DNA from: Emiliania huxleyi CCMP1516 | Taxonomy: Eukaryota | DNA: 64,000 nucleotides | Assembly (NCBI RefSeq): GCF_000372725.1 | Contig: NW_005202428.1 | Span: forward strand, 1,039,331-1,103,330 | Direction of reading: 5' to 3' | The notes under the pieces: generated by a model | Database searches by the model: none | The model's input: only the letters and a program-made list of their open reading frames with translations | Told to the model about the DNA's origin: nothing | Program-made: the position numbers and the translations under genes | In this document: one piece after another, positions 1-13,129 of the stretch | How the letters are laid out: each line of letters starts with the position of its first letter | How positions within the stretch are numbered: the stretch's first letter is position 1

Positions 1-642
1 TTAGAGAGCGAGAGGTCGGTGGGGATACGCGCACTCGCGAGGTGTTCGCTGTGTCGCGCAGGGAAGGGCACCACGTGGGGTGGGGCGACGCCGCTCACGC
101 GGGGGACTCTGCTCATGCCAAGCTGCAATAGATGTGAGAGGAGTCAGTCAGGCGCGGAGCGCCGCGCTGAAGCTTTTCTGTGTATTTTGTGAGAGCATTT
201 TGAGCATTTTGTTGAGCTTGAAGCTGTGAACCGCGCGGCGGTTGTTCTTGTTGTGTTTGAGGAATGAGGGTTGAGGGCATTCGATTTGAGCGTTTTGTCT
301 GTTCAGCTTATATCCGTATCACATATCAGCACACTCAGTCAGGACTCAGCTTACAGCTAGCTCTTGCGTCTTGGAACTGCAAGCTTGTTTTAATATTTAA
401 AGCCGTACACGTCTCTGCGTGAGCTGCTGTGTGCACCGTAACCACTGAGAGGGCGACGGGCTGACTGGCAGTCGAGACTGGTGCGTGATTAGAGTATCCC
501 TCCTCGTCCTCACACAATAACGGTCTCTCACAGTGAGTCCTGCCGGCTGTCGTGGGGGGTGCATGATCTTGGGTCGCGTGGGGGGATATGCGGGTTACCG
601 GTAAGATGCATCCGGGATGCCTTTGGTTGTGTGAGCCTGTCT

Positions 643-1891
643 TCAAAACGTATCCGGGCTGCGGGCCGGCCCATCCGTGAGAGGCGACAAAATCGGGCCG
701 CCCACAAGCCCACCAGTATTCCATGCGATCTCGCGGTTGGCGTCGATCGCCACCTTAGTCACCGAGGCCACCTCCCTAAAAAACGAGGTAGCCACCGCGG
801 TGTTGGCCTTGATGGCCTCCTTAGCCACTGAGGCCATCTGGTTAACAGTGTTGTTGCTCAGCGAGGTGCCGCCGCTTATAGCCTGTGGGGAGCGGGTCAG
901 GTCGAGTAGGGTGTGAGCTATGGGGCGGCGGACCGAGCGGTGAGGGGTGATTGTTAGGGCTCTGGCCAGGCACACCAAACCTGTCTCGCAACTGCAGTGC
1001 CTTCCTCGGTGAGACGGCGAAGGAGTAGTCGCGGTCTCGTGCAAGTTCGCACTCTTAAATAACTTCTCGAACGCCACGCGCCCCTCCTCCGCGATGGAGT
1101 CTTTCACCGAGGCGGGCGTTGCAGCTGCCGGCGCGAGAAAGCCTCCGGCCGGTGCCGGGGCTGGATCAGTGCTCTGCTGCAGCGCTTTTCTACAACGGCG
1201 AGTGAAGGTGCTATGCCATTCGTGGAAGTAGCAACCTCCACTGCCGCAGCAACAATAGCCCGCATCCGCCCCCTCGCGCGACGAGAAGCCCGCTGCTTCC
1301 GCCTCATGGCACGTCAAATCAGCCGCCTTGAACTCAGCACAGGTATATCCAGCGCGCCGCAGCTCAGTTGGCGAATAGCCTGCCACTCTCGCCTCGTGCA
1401 GCGAGTACCCCGCAGCCTTGAGCCCATCCACATAGCCCGCAGCCTTTGCATCTACGCATGTCATACCGCTCAGCTTCAGCGCTGTGTAGCCTGCCGCACC
1501 AGCCTCTGCACTTTCGTATCCGCCGCACTTAGCCTCAGCAATTGTGACCCCCATTGCCCGCATCTCTTTCAAGGACGGATGGCCTTGCTTACGAGCCTGA
1601 CCACAGGAGACGACTGCGGGCTGCGCCTGCAGCTGCTGCACCTGTAGCTGTAGCTGTCGCACCAGATTTACCAGCTCGGAATTCTGCGTCTCGAGCTCTT
1701 TGACAGGTCCGACATGCGTTGCTGGGCGCCTGCACAGTGGCTTCCGCCGCATCCATGGAAGCCTGGACGCGGGATTCCAGCGAGTGCACTGCCTGCTTGG
1801 TTTCCGCCTCAAGACGATTGCACACTTCGCCAGTCTCATCCACGCGCGCCACCCAGCGCATGCCCAACGAGCAGCTCAAGCGACGGTCCAT
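643..1891 (-). CDS. Hypothetical protein: N-terminal coiled coil followed by ~10-aa (L/A)xxAG[YF] tandem repeats; gene model uncertain, possibly chimeric at the 3' end
   Basis: ORF 643..1839 has VKELETQNSELVNLVRQLQLQVQQLQAQ and repeats AKAAGY/LKAAGY/ARVAGY/LRRAGY/AEAAGF; a second frame (1589..1891) supplies a plausible helical N-terminus. Confidence 0.4.
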
Positions 1892-2111
1892 ACGATGGGA
1901 CGCACGCGCAGTGCCTTAGTACGCTTATTTATTTTTCTGCCGCACCACTGTTTCCGGGTAGCGCCGGACGCTCCGCGGTACTATGACGCAGGTGACACTT
2001 CTGGCTCTTTTCTGCAGCTTTTGCCCTTCAACCTTCATGTGCCTTACGGGAAATTCGTTGTCAAGCGCGTAGGAGTACGTCCACTCTCCACAGTACCACA
2101 CCCTCCACACC

Positions 2112-3791
2112 CTAATAACCGCACACGCTCATATTGTCCACTCGCGGGTCGTAGATGGTCCCCCCTTGCGCCCTCACCTGCCTCTCCACCTCCGCGCCCG
2201 TCCGCCAGCTCTCGACGTCGCTCTCTGCCAGCACCTCCACCGAGCCGCCCCGCCGCCCGCCGATGAGCCGCGCGACCGGGTACCGCTGCATTGACATGTG
2301 CCACGCCTTGTCCGGTCCCGTCACAAGCGGCAGAGGAGCGGTGATGGCGTCGCGTGTCGGCGCGTGTGTCGGAAGGTAGAAGATCGCGAGGGGCGGCTCG
2401 GCGCCCTCGCTGGCGCGCGCGGCGATGAGGGCGCCAACCATCAGCGAGTAAGTTGAGCCTACGGGTCGCACGGTGGGGCGTGTCGCGCGCGGAGCGGAGC
2501 CCGCCACCGGCCGTGAGAGGGAGCGCCAAAGTGTCCGACAAGGTGGTGGCCGTGTGAGAGGAGCTCGAGGTCGCTCAACGCCGTGGGGCCGTCGTCAGGC
2601 CCGTGCTCCGCAAAGTACGTGCGGACCCGCCGCTCGGACGGCCTCGGGTTGCCCATCGTCTCGCACCCGATCCGGACCAGTGCCGCGGAGTAGACGCCGT
2701 AAGAGGCCCTCCGATCCGATGCTAGCAGCACCGTGCACCTTCTCCCGCGCACGAGCGCCTGCACAGCGGCCAGGACCGCGGGGAGGTACTCCGACCCGAG
2801 CATCGCCGTCGACTGGTGGCGCAAGTGCACGGAGACCCGCACGCCCTGCGCCTGCGCGGCGCTCCCCCACTCACAGCTTTGCAGGTGCAGCGCCTTCCCG
2901 TGGCGTGGTGCGCGAAACTCAAACATGGCGCGAAAGAGCTTGCCGTAGAGGAAGTGGACACCGCGACGAAAGAGCCCCGGGTCGGCGGACGGCGAGAAGC
3001 GCATCGCCGCTGCCTCCTGGGAGTGGAAGCGCGCACACGACGCGGAGGACCGCCCGGAACGGGGCACGCCACCGCAGCTGGCCAGCACGAGCGGAGCGGC
3101 CCTCTCCCGCGCGTCGAGCCGGGTGCAACCCGAGCCCTCGTGGTTTGAGAGGACGCAACCCTCAAAGTTGAAGGTGGTGCAGTTTTTACGCTCGTGCGGG
3201 CGACAAGCGGGGTAGGCGACGGGCCTGTCTGGCAGGGCAGATTTCGGCTTCTTTGCGAGTGTGAGCGCCTCGGCGACGGAGGCCTGCGGCACCGCAGGAA
3301 TGCCAAGCAGCCACGCCTATAGGCGGGCCGATGGCATGTTAGCGCCCGAGGGATCAAAGATTTGGCGGTGGTGCAAGCCGACCCGCGGGCTGTGGGTGTG
3401 GGCGAGAGTGGGAGTGAGGGCGATGATGGCGGTGAGGGCCTCGCCGTCGGCCGCAGCGTGCCCTCGCAGCCATAGTGCAGCGCATCGCTCAGCCGCGAGA
3501 GAGGCAGCCGGTTGGCGAGCGCAAAGACGGCATTGTTTAAAAACTGCGACGCGAGTGTGGGGGGTCAGCGCCGGTGTCGAACCACTGCGGACGGTGGGCG
3601 GGGTTCGAGTCCTGGTGAAGCCGGTTGCCGACAAACTTGCTGCAGCCCTTGTCAAACATGAGCCTCACCGTCGTGCCGGGGTGGAAGTGGTGCAAGCTAG
3701 CGGCGTTGGGGCCAGCGAGGGACGCGTTGAGGGAGAGCAGGCGGCTGAGTTCGGCCTTGAAGGCGGACGAGCGCCTGGACCTGGGAGGCAT
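2112..3791 (-). CDS. Putative alpha-1,2/1,6/O-fucosyltransferase-superfamily glycosyltransferase (NodZ/GT37-like), spliced
   Basis: Motifs in order: FVGNRL (GxGNRL-like), VSVHLRH (motif I), VLLASD (motif II), ALSDLELLSHGHHLVGHFG joined across a predicted intron to STYSL (motif III). ATG 3791, TAG 2112. Confidence 0.6.
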
Positions 3792-3918
3792 GCCGAACGA
3801 AGGGGGAATGTAGCGGGGCAGGGACGTGCGTTACGAGTTCCACCGAGGGAAGCGCGACTAGGTTTCTTTGTCCCTGTTGCCCCGCCTGGGCGACCCGTCG
3901 TACCGACCCCTCGAGTGC

Positions 3919-6182
3919 ATGAAGGTCCTCGCTGTCGCGGAGAAGCCCTCAGTCGCAAAGGAAATCGCCAACATTCTTTCGCAGCAGGCACGCCAGCCGC
4001 AGCGGAGGCAGCGGCTGCGCTGCTTCGGCGCACACACTAACCACCGGTTGCCTTCCCTCGCCCGCGCAGAGCTACCGCACCCAGCAGGGCCCGTCGCAGT
4101 ACAACAGGCTTTTCGAGTTCAGCACGCCCTATCGCGGCTCGCAGTGCCAGATGATTGTCACGTCGGTGGGCTGCTCAGTTCGGCAGCCGCCGCAAGAGCA
4201 GACTCTCCGACCGCGGCGCGCCACCTTCCCTGTTCAGGTGACGGGCCACCTGATGGAGCTCGAGTTTTGCGACGAGAGGCACGCAAAGTGGAAGCGGTGC
4301 GACCTTATCGAGCTCTTCGACGCACCGATCCGCCAGCGCGTCCCCGACGACAAGCGCGACATCGAGCGCAACTTGGAGCAGGCCCGCCACCGCCCTCGCG
4401 GCCGCCGCCATCGCCACCCTCGGCGCCGACCTCGGAGCCACCGCCGCCACCCTCGGCGCCGACCTCGGAGCCACCGCCGCCGCCCTCGCCGTCGCCGCCG
4501 CTGCCTTCGCCGCCGCCCTCACGGCCACCGCCCTCGCCGCCATCCTTACCGCCGCCGCCGCCGCCGCCGTCACAGGCTGCACGCGGCTGCCACGAGCTGC
4601 ACTTGTGGCTCGACTGCGACCGGGAGGGCGAGGCGCGCTGCGGAGAGCGGCGCGGCGCGGAGAGGGCGAGGCGCCGCCTGCTCACGCCTCGGCGCCGGTG
4701 CGGTGCCTTCAGGCGATCGGGTTCGAGGTGGTCGACGTGTGCAAGAGGGCAAACCCGCGCCTGCAGGTCCGCCACCCCGGCCACACCAGCTTCACCAGCC
4801 ACAGCCGGCCTTTGCCGCCCAGCCTTGCGGCTGCTGCGGAGGAGCATCACTTTCTGTCCGTCCGTCCGTCCGCGTTGGCGACGGGGCACACGGAGGCACC
4901 CACACGGAGGCACCCACACGGAGGCACCCACTGCTTTGCTCTACAGCTCGCTGCCTTGCGGCTCGCCGCCTCTCGACGCACTCCCCTCGCGCACACACAC
5001 GCCCACCACGACACGTCCGCGACACGTCCGCGACATGTCCTGCAGATCCGGCGGGCGCGCTTCTCGGCGCTCATCCCGCGCGACATCTTCCACGCGCGCC
5101 GCCCCGCCCCAGCCGAGACCCAGCCGAGACCCAGCCGAGACCCAGCCGAGATGCAGCCGAGATGCAGCCGAGATGCAGCCGAGAGAGCCAGTGTGCACCG
5201 CCTCGCCCTGGCATCCTCTTGTTTCCGCGCCGCCGTCGCCGCGCCGCTGAGGGCCGGGCGGAGGCCGTCGATACAAAGCCGCCTGACTCCCCCCCCCCCT
5301 TCCCCCCTTCCCCCCCCTCGACACAGGCGCTCGCCAACCTGGTCCCTCCCGACCAGCGCCTCGCGGACGCGGTGAGCGCGCGGTCGGAGATCGACCTGCG
5401 GCTCGGCGCAGCCTTCACGCGCTTCCAGACGCTCACGCTGCAGGAGCGCAGCACGGCGAGCAACCGGACTCCTCCTCGCGCCCCTCCCTTCACGCCGCAC
5501 CACGTGCGTGGTCAGGACCAGTACGAGGGGCTCGACGGCTTGCTCAGCTACGGTCCGTGCCAGTTCCCGACGATGTGGTTCGTGGTGCAGCGCGCGGCGC
5601 GTCACCCCAGATGCGGAACACCGACCCGTGTGTCCTCTGGCTAGCACTCTCTAGCACTCTCGAGCGGGCGCGCGCATTCGGCCGCATTCGGCCGTGTGCG
5701 ATGCTCTCGAATACTTTCGCCTTCGTGCCGTAGGCGCGCATCGACGCTTTTGTGCGCGAGGCCTTCTACGCGATCGAGGTGGAGCACCGCAAGGCGCTCG
5801 GCGCGCCGCTGGGGAGCGAGGCCGAGCCGCCCGCGGCGCCGGGCAGGGCGCCGGGCGGCGCGCCGGGCGACGAGATGGTCACCGCGGTCTTCAAGTGGAA
5901 GCGGAACCGGCTCTTTGACCGGCCAGCGGCGGTGCTCGCCGAGAGATGGTCAAGAGATGGCCGAGAGATGGCTGAGAGATGGGCAAGAGATGGCTGAGAG
6001 ATGGCCGAGGGATGGCCGAGGGATGGTCCAGAGAGAGATGCTTCCCCAGCGCCGCACCGCCCTCCTCTCACTCACAGGTGATGCTCTACGAGATCTGCGT
6101 CGAGCGGCGCCTCGCGACAGTGACAAAGGTGCGCCCCCCCTCCGCGCGTACGCACGCGCGCGCGCACACGCACACACGCACA

Positions 6183-6221
<39 letters not shown>

Positions 6222-9101
6222 GCTGCCCAACCCCGGTCCTCGCCACCGCCCCCTGCCACCGCCCCTGTCGCCGCCGCCGCCCGACGTGTCGGGGCTCGCC
6301 TCCGCCCGCCCACAGGTGGACGGCCACGAGAAGAGGAAGTGGCGGCCGACGCCGCTGCACACCGTCGAGCTGCAAAAGGCGCAGCGGCACTTTCCGAGAC
6401 ACTTCCGACACTCTTGGGACTCTCAAGAGGACGCGACACAAGGAACAGCGACTCTGCGACGCTGCCCTTTTGCCTCTCTCTCTCCTCCCTGCTGCCTCTC
6501 CTCCCGCCACTTGCCTCTCTTCTCCTTCCTGCTGCCTCCCACCCCGCCACCTGCCCCTCTCTCCCCCCTGCTGCCTCTCATCCCGCCACCTGCCTCTCTC
6601 TCCCCCCTGCTGCCTCTCACCCAGCCACCTGCCTCTCTCTCCCCCCTGCTGCCTCTGATCCCGCCACCTGCCTCTCCTCTCCTTCCTGCTGCCTCTCACC
6701 CTCCAGCTGTCGTCCAACCTCCTCCGCATCTCCTCCGACCGCACGATGGACATTGCCGAGAAGCTCTACCAGCAGGGCTTCCTCTCCTACCCGCGGACGG
6801 AGACGGACAAGTTCAAGGCGCGCGGCACCACCGTAGCACGCGCCTCGCGCCCCACCGGGCAACAAGCTCTTCCCGCCCGTGTCTCCTCACGGCGCACCCG
6901 TGGCGTCTGCTGCGACGCCTCCCGCCACGCGCCGGCGACACGGCCGCCGCCGCACAGTCTCCCACCCTCCCACCACGGCAGCCGCGCCGCCCGCAGGATG
7001 GGTTCGACCTCGCGGCCCTCATCAACGAGCAGGCGGGCCACCCCGAGTGGGGAGGCTTCGCGCGCGAGCTGCAGGCGGGAGGCTTCCAGTGGCCGCGCGA
7101 CGGCGGGCACGATGACCAGGCGCGCCCACCGCCCCTTCGACCTCCCTCTCCTCCTTCGCCGCCCTCCTGACTGCCGCCTCGGCCGCCGCCTCGGCCGCCG
7201 CCTCGGCTTGCCGCGCCTCCCGCTTCTCCGTCTCCTCCTCCCTCCGATCCTTCGAATGCGGCCTAGAGCGCTGACGCCGAGCCTCTACCCCTTCCTGCCG
7301 CCGGCACAGGCGCACCCGCCGATCCATCCGCTCAAGTCTGGCGCGCCGCTGCAAGGCGACGAGGCGCGGGTGTACGAGCTGGTGACGCGCCGCTTCCTCG
7401 CCTGCTGCGCGTGCGACGCGCTCGGCTTCGAGACGACCGTCGACATCGAGATGGCCGGCGAGCAGTTCAGCTCGCGCGGCCTGATGGTGCGCGAGCTCAA
7501 CTACCTCAAGGAGCGCCCGACACTTTCCGAGACACTCCCGAGACACTTCCTCTAGACCCACTCCCCTCGCACCGCCGTGTGCGTCGCACACGCACGACAC
7601 GTCCGCGACATGTCCGCAACGTGTCTGCGACGTGGCCTCCAGGTGTGGAAGTGGGAGCGGTGGAGCGCGAGGAAGATCCCGAGCTACTACCTCGGGGAGC
7701 AGTTTGAGCCGACAGCGCTCCACCTCCACGAGGGGCACACCTCCCCGCCCTCGCCGCTCTCCGAGGCGCGCGCTCCGTCCAAGGCGGAGCGAAGCTTTGG
7801 CCGCCTCGTGTCCCGCCTTACCGGCCGCGCCCCGCACGGCGGCAGGCGGAGCTCATTGGCATGATGGACGAGCAGGGCATCGGCACGGACGCGACGATCG
7901 CGCAGCACATCAAGAAGACGCTCGACCGCGGCTACGTCGAGAAGCGCGTGCCAAACAACACCTTCCACCCGCTGCCGCTCTCGAGGATCCTGCTCGACAG
8001 CTACACGCGGATGCCGCAAGCCTTCGACCTCGGCGTCCCCCACCTGAGGGCCGAGATGGAGCGCGACATGGCGCCCGCCGCCTCGGCGGAGCTCGCGCGG
8101 CGCGGCCGCGACGCGTGCGGCGTATGACGTGCCCCCGCGCATGCCGTAGGGAAAGGTCTGCTCCGGGCAGATGACGAGGCAGGAGTGCGTCGACAAGACG
8201 GCGCGCAAGAGCGAGGCGCTGCACCAGCCCTGGGTCGGCGTCTCTTCACGCGGCTCGGTGTGAACAGGTCGACATGATGAGAGGGCTCTACCGGCACGCC
8301 AGCGTCAACAGCCGCTGCCTCCACGCCGCCGCCGCTGCCATCCTGGCGCGGCCTGACGCCTCGAGCTGGGCGCCGCAGCGGCTGTCGGACGGCTCGCGCC
8401 CTTCATGTGGCAAGTGCCAAGGCCTGATGGACCTGCGAGTGCGGCCGCAGGGCGGCGGCGGAGGCGGAGGCGGAGGCGGGGGGGGGCAGCCGTATCGCGT
8501 GCTGCACTGCGCGCGCTGCCGCGAGCACTATGATGTGCCTGGCGGCGACCTCGCCTCGCATGGCCACCGCTGCCCGCTCGACCAGTTCCAGGTCCTGAGC
8601 GTGACCAACACCGCGACGGGCAAGACGCACCAGATCTGCCCAAAGTGCTTCAAGGACCCGCCCGCAGAGGCGACGGGCGGCAAGGCCGTGGACGGCCTCC
8701 GCTGCTTCGCCTGCCTCGCCGACTGCCCGCTCGCCTCAGGCTCGAAGGTGCTCCGGCCTTGCCCGAGCTGCCAGCGCGGCGAGCTGCTCTTCAAGGCCCC
8801 GAAGGCCATGAACGGGACGTTGCTCGAGTGCTCCAACTCCGGCGAGGGCTGCGACATGAAGCTCTACCTGCCCGGCGGGACCACCCTCCAGCGCCTCTCT
8901 GCCCAGCCGTGCGCCGGCTGCAGCCACTCGCTCCTCTCCTTCACCTTCAATCGCGCGTCACTCGAGCCGCGGCTTCGCATGCACCCGTACGACGCATGCT
9001 GCTTTTGCTCCGAGCCAAACCTGGCAGAGATCCTGCGAGACTGCAACGACACGGCGGACGGGCGGCGCAGGGTGGCACTGCTCTGCTCCCGTGATCCTCG
9101 G

Positions 9102-9145
<44 letters not shown>

Positions 9146-9902
9146 CGGCGGTGGCGGTGGCGGCGGTGGCGGCGGCGGTGGCGGTGGCGGCGGCTCTGCT
9201 GGCAGCTCCACCGCCCCCGCAAGCTTGCAGTGCATCGACGTCGAGGATGCTGCGGACACGGCCGCTGCGGTGGGGATGTTTCAGTCGATGCTTGGCGTCG
9301 ATAACGCCCGCGGGCGGAGGAAAGGCGGCGGGGGAAGGGGCGGCGGCGGCGGCGGCAGCGGTCGAGGCTTTGGCGCCGGCGGTGGCGGTGGCGGTGGCGG
9401 GGGTGGCAATGGCCGTGGCTACGGTGGCGGAGGGGGAGGGGGAGGGGGTGGCGGTGGCGGCTACGGTGGTGGTGGGAATAGCGGCTACGGCAGCGGGTTC
9501 GGCGGTGGACACGGCGGCGGCGGCAAGGGCGGCGGCGGCAAGGGCGGCGGAGGGGGAGGTGGTGGCAACGCGTTGCCCTCTGGCGGCGGCGGTGGCGACT
9601 GCTTCCGGTGCGGGCAGAGTGGTCACTGGGCGCGCAACTGTCCGCAGGCCACCCAGGGCTTCGCTCCGCCGAATGGCGGCGGTGGCGGCGGCCGGGGCGG
9701 GCCGGCTGCTGGCGGTGGCAAGGGGCGAGGCGGGGCGCAGGGGGATCGTGGCGGCCGAGGCGAGGGGCGCGGGGCTGGCGGGCGCGGCGCGGGCCGGGGC
9801 AGCAGCGGCGCGGCGGGGACGAGCACGGCCGAGAAGAGGAAGTGCAGCATCTGCCGTATGGAGGGCCACACCAAGAGGAAGTGCCCCCAGGCTCCCCGAT
9901 GA
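3919..9902 (+). CDS. TOP3A: DNA topoisomerase III alpha, many exons, with C-terminal C4 zinc ribbons, Gly/RGG-rich tail and two CCHC zinc knuckles
   Basis: MKVLAVAEKPSVAK (Toprim), HLWLDCDREGE, EIDLRLGAAFTRFQT, SYGPCQFPT, AEKLYQQGFLSYPRTETD (catalytic Tyr), AHPPIHP, GIGTDAT; CFRCGQSGHWARNC and CSICRMEGHTKRKC. Confidence 0.95.
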
Positions 9903-10373
9903 CGTCAGTGACGCGGGGAGAATGTACACCCACACGCGTCGACGTCCCTGTTTGTGTTCCGCGAGTCAGGAGTCTCCGCTGACCGTGGAATATTGTGATT
10001 TTTCTGTACGGTGAGGTGTCTCGTACGTTATGAACTGGTTATGAAGTGGCTGTCCCCTGTCCGGGACGCCGGAGAGATCGGGTTGGGTCTCCCCCGCCTC
10101 TAGCCCTGACCCGACGGAGACTCCATCACCCTCGCCCAGGATCTACAATGCTGTCTTAAGGTCCGACAGGTTTTCGGCACCGGGCACCGCCTCAGGATAC
10201 ATTTTTTTGTATGCGTCGTGCGGGGGCGGACCCTCGCAGATCACAGATCACACTCACCAACGGCCGGCAGCCGACCGGGAGCTAGCAGGCTGGGCTTAAA
10301 TTCTTTTGCCCTGTCGGCTGCCTCTGTGGTCGGATCCGCGAGCTCTCTGCTCGCGCTCTTTGCAGGGCCGGAA

Positions 10374-11554
10374 ATGCTCGATGCGCGCGAGATATTTGAG
10401 CTGCGTCAGCTCTGCACCGCCGCCAGCATGACGCAGGAGTCGCTCGGCAGCCTGCTCGACGCCTCCCTCTCGGTGCCCGTCCTCGTGCGCAGCGAGGCGG
10501 CGGCCATGGCGGCTGCGAAGCGGGCGGGCCTGGGCATGGAGGAGCGCGGCAAGCTGCGTGACGCGCTTCGGCGGCACAAGGAGGAGGTGCTCTCGGCGGA
10601 GGAGCCGAGGATCGTCGAGATTGACGATGACGACGCCGAGGCGCACCACATAGTCGCAGCGCAGCAGCAGCTCGCCGTGCTTCGGTCGGTCAAGCGGGCA
10701 GAGCAGGCGGAGGCGGCAAAGGGGGAGGAGGTGATCCGCAACGGCGCGGTGTGCGACCGATACCGCTGGACGCAGGAGCTGGGCGAGCTCACCTTCGCGC
10801 TCGAGCTGCCGCCCGGCACGGCAAAGCGGGACGTCGCCTGCCGCGTGACGAGCGGCACTGTGAGCTGCGGCGTGCGCGGCGAGGCGCCGCTGGTGAGCGG
10901 CGAGTTTTACGCGCGGGTGCGCGCCGACGAGGCGATGTGGCAGCTGCAGGATAACCACCGCCTCGTGGTGAGCGTGCCGAAGCTCGCGCTCGACCGGCTA
11001 CAGTGGTGCAGACACTTCCGAGACACTTCCGAGACACGTCCGAGACACCCCGCCTCGTCGCCCGCCAGGCCGTCTCGCACCCACCCACCGCCGCTGTGTG
11101 TGACACCTCGGGGGCTCCGCTCGCGCACGCCTACGCCGCGCCGCCACTCGCGGCACGACGAGCCCCCACGAGACCGCCTCGCCACGGCCCTGACGTCTGA
11201 GGGGATGTGCCCAGGTGGCCTTGCTTGCTGCGCGGCGACTCCGAGATCAGCACCGACACATGCGAGGAAGGGCAGGCGAGCAACCTGCTGTACCGGACGG
11301 CGGAGCGGCGGCTGCACGTGCAGAAGGTGGAGCTGCCCGAGAGCAGCGACCCCGGCCGAAAGTACAACCCCAAGGAGGCGGAGGCCGCGTGGAAGGAGTT
11401 TTTTGCGAAGTTTCCAGACCTCAAGGCGTGGGAGCTCTCCTTCTCGCCAAAGACGCGCGCGGACGGCTCCGTCGAGAGCGTCGAGGACCAGCTGGTCGAC
11501 ACGCTCAGCAAGGCGATGAGCAAGGACGAGGGAGGCTGGGAGAAGGCGGCCTGA
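10374..11554 (+). CDS. CS (p23/NudC-like) domain protein, 2 exons
   Basis: NGAVCDRYRWTQELGELTFALELPPGT...LVSGEFYARVRADEAMWQLQD...W|WPCLLRGDSEIST; predicted intron ~11006-11215. Confidence 0.8.
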
Positions 11555-12238
11555 TTCTCGCGCTTGCGCGCTGTCGTCGTGGAGTTGCGCGCTGCCGCCG
11601 TGGCACGCGGCGTGGGGGAGCGGGCCGGTTCGCCACAAGTGACGGAGACTCGTCTTGAAGAGAGCTATGAGTGGATGGCCGGGTGTATGCGCTTATTTCA
11701 GCGCCCCCCCGCCGCACGCCTCCCCGCTCCCCATCCACGTGTGCGTTCGAAGCGCTCGTGCGGCACGTGCTGAGAATGAGATATATTAAAACTAAAAATC
11801 GCAGATCGAGCGAACGACAACGAGATCAGCACAGACGAGCTGATCAGCGGAGTAGCCAGAACATGTGGCTACAAGCTCTGAGTACAAGCTTGAGGCTTGA
11901 GCCAAGCCATGAAAAGTACTACAAACTCGAGCGAGAATCGAGATTCGAGTATCGAGAGAGCGCCCCGGTGGCGCGAAGAGTAGTACCAGGAAGGGGCCAC
12001 GACACACACCGTGTTTGCGAGTTAAGAACAGTACCAACGACCCAGTGCGAGGGGCGGCATGCGGTGCTAGCTGGCAGCCTCGGCCCGGCGCCCGTTCGCC
12101 GTGCCATGATGCTGTGCGTGGGCCGGGCGGGGGTCGGCCAGTTGGCCCACACTTCTCATGCTGTGCAACTAGAGCGCTGCACTCTCATGCGCCGGCTTGA
12201 GAGTGTCAATGCCGCCCCGCCACTCTCTCCCGAGTCAC

Positions 12239-12985
12239 TCACTGGGTGAGGGCGCCATTGGCCTCGAGCCGCGCCTCTGCGCGGACCGCGCGAAGCTCCA
12301 TCTCCTGCGCCTTGGCCGTGGCGTCGGCCAGCTTTGCCTCGAGGCGCTTGACCCTCTCGCGCTCCTCACGCAGCTGGTCGAGCATTGCGCGGATCACTGC
12401 GTCGCCCACCGCCTCCGTCCTCGGCTCTGGCGCGGTGGCCGGGGTTGCCGGCTCCGAAACGGGGTACGCCTCCTCGGGGCGCTCGACGTACGGCTCCCAG
12501 CGGATTGGCTTCGCCTTTGCCGATGCGGCCTTGCGCGCGTCCGGGTCAGCCTCGCCGGCGCTCGGCGGGCGGGGCGGCTGCTCAGGAGGCTCCTATAGGG
12601 AGGGGGGGGGGGGCGGTGGAGCGGCGGGGGACGCGGAAACGGTGGTAGGGATGAAGGAGCCTGCATTGGCGCCGCCTCCTCTGAGTGCTCTGAGGCGAGC
12701 ATGTTGACCACGCCCTTGTACTGCGAAAGGGGGGACACGGGGCTCGGCAAGAGGTCAACGGGGTGAGCCGGCGGGCGCTGGTGAGTCGGCGGTGGCTAGA
12801 ATTGGCGGGAGCCCGCTGTATAAAACCTGATTTGGGCTCGTGTCGCCGGTTCCCGGCAAGTCCTCCGCTGACAGGTATGAGGGGCGGCGGCTCCTCGTCT
12901 TGGTCGAGGGGATGGAGGCCTGCCGGGCGTGGATGTCGGCCTCGGTCAGGTTCTTGGGCTCGAGGAGACGCGCAGCCATTGCCAT
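12239..12985 (-). CDS. Hypothetical protein with C-terminal coiled coil, probably spliced
   Basis: Minus-strand frames give MAMAARLLEPKNL... and AMLDQLREERERVKRLEAKLADATAKAQEMELRAVRAEARLE; stop at 12239. Confidence 0.4.
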
Positions 12986-13129
12986 CGTGATGGGCACACG
13001 AGACTGGGTGGCGCTATGATTAGATGAGGACCGGCGGGCGCCAAACCGCCGGCAGATCGTTTAGGTAAATCAACGGCCTCAGTGAACACGTATGCCTCCC
13101 ACAAAAAACTTCCGACGCCGGCGCTAGTC

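Noticed and set aside
8947..10014. Long overlapping antisense and alternative-frame ORFs, here and throughout the window
   Set aside because: Expected by-product of very high GC and trinucleotide repeats; no domain motifs
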